A DNA stretch of 63,719 bases, filler included, from Octopus bimaculoides (lineage: Eukaryota), in NCBI RefSeq assembly GCF_001194135.2. It is 6 parts of 6 records of this genome, joined end to end, with 100 filler letters (N's around TTAATTAATTAA, not from the genome) between each part and the next. Parts side by side here need not be neighbours in the genome. Positions count along the whole stretch, not along the records: positions 61,898 to 63,719 come from NC_069008.1; 5 more parts are not named here. The stretch is one strand, 5' to 3'. The translations under genes and the position numbers were made by a program. Shown piece after piece: positions 63,258 through 63,719 of the stretch. The notes beneath the pieces were generated by a model. That model worked only from the letters and a program-made list of their open reading frames with translations. It was not told the origin of the DNA and did not search any database. Position 1 is the stretch's first letter; each line of letters begins with the position of its first letter.

Positions 63258-63719
63258 TTGTAAAATTAAATATTGCAATACAAATGTATTACTTTCCAGT
63301 CAAATAAAANNNNNNNNNNNNNNNNNNNNNNNNNNNNNNNNNNNNNNNNNNNNNNNNNNNNNNNNNNNNNNNNNNNNNNNNNNNNNNNNNNNNNNNNNNN
63401 NNNNNNNNNTATATATATATATATAAACACACACACATACCTGTGTATCTAACTTTACATCTTGCATCACAAACACCATCAACTGGAAGGGAATGGGGGT
63501 GGTGCTAGCAGATTGGGAACGTGGACCCAGGAGGGGAGTAAGGCATAGGGCTATGGGGTACGGCAAGTGGTGGTGGTGGAGGTGATTTTTTTTTTGATTT
63601 TTTTCTCCCTTCAGGCTTCCAGCCTCAGTTACAAGAGCCCCCAATTGTTAGGGGGGGTTCCAGATTGAGGGAGAACAATGGAAGAGATGGGTGAGAGGGG
63701 GGACGTTATCGGGGTAGGG

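Noticed and set aside
63629-63694. LQEPPIV... as the missing last NAPE-PLD exon
   Set aside because: Only EPP matches; the rest lacks the expected C-terminal motifs, the acceptor is weak, and it lies beyond a scaffold linker.

Overview
Eukaryotic, AT-rich, microsatellite-saturated genomic DNA with many N gaps. The SINE families and repeat landscape look like an Octopus genome (inference from pattern recognition, not a search). One host gene is clearly supported: four + strand coding exons of a NAPE-PLD (N-acyl-phosphatidylethanolamine phospholipase D, metallo-beta-lactamase fold) at 57244-61261, with its last exon absent from the window. The rest is mobile-element debris: at least four tRNA-type SINE families, an RTE LINE 3' end, three R4/Dong-like RLE-LINE fragments, a Penelope-like GIY-YIG fragment, DD34E Tc1, DD37D maT and mariner transposase relics, and several MITEs. 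Five 100-bp N44-TTAATTAATTAA-N44 blocks are artificial scaffold linkers. The most interesting unannotated signal is a set of type I hammerhead ribozyme motifs in three unrelated repeat families (near-complete folds at 23545-23587 + and 19435-19500 -, degenerate or truncated copies at 445-481, 19933-19996, 30235-30253, 61691-61718). All three families show an extra nucleotide after the CUGANGA box, and two also have an extra A before GAAA. They sit in repeats with Penelope-like inverted architecture.
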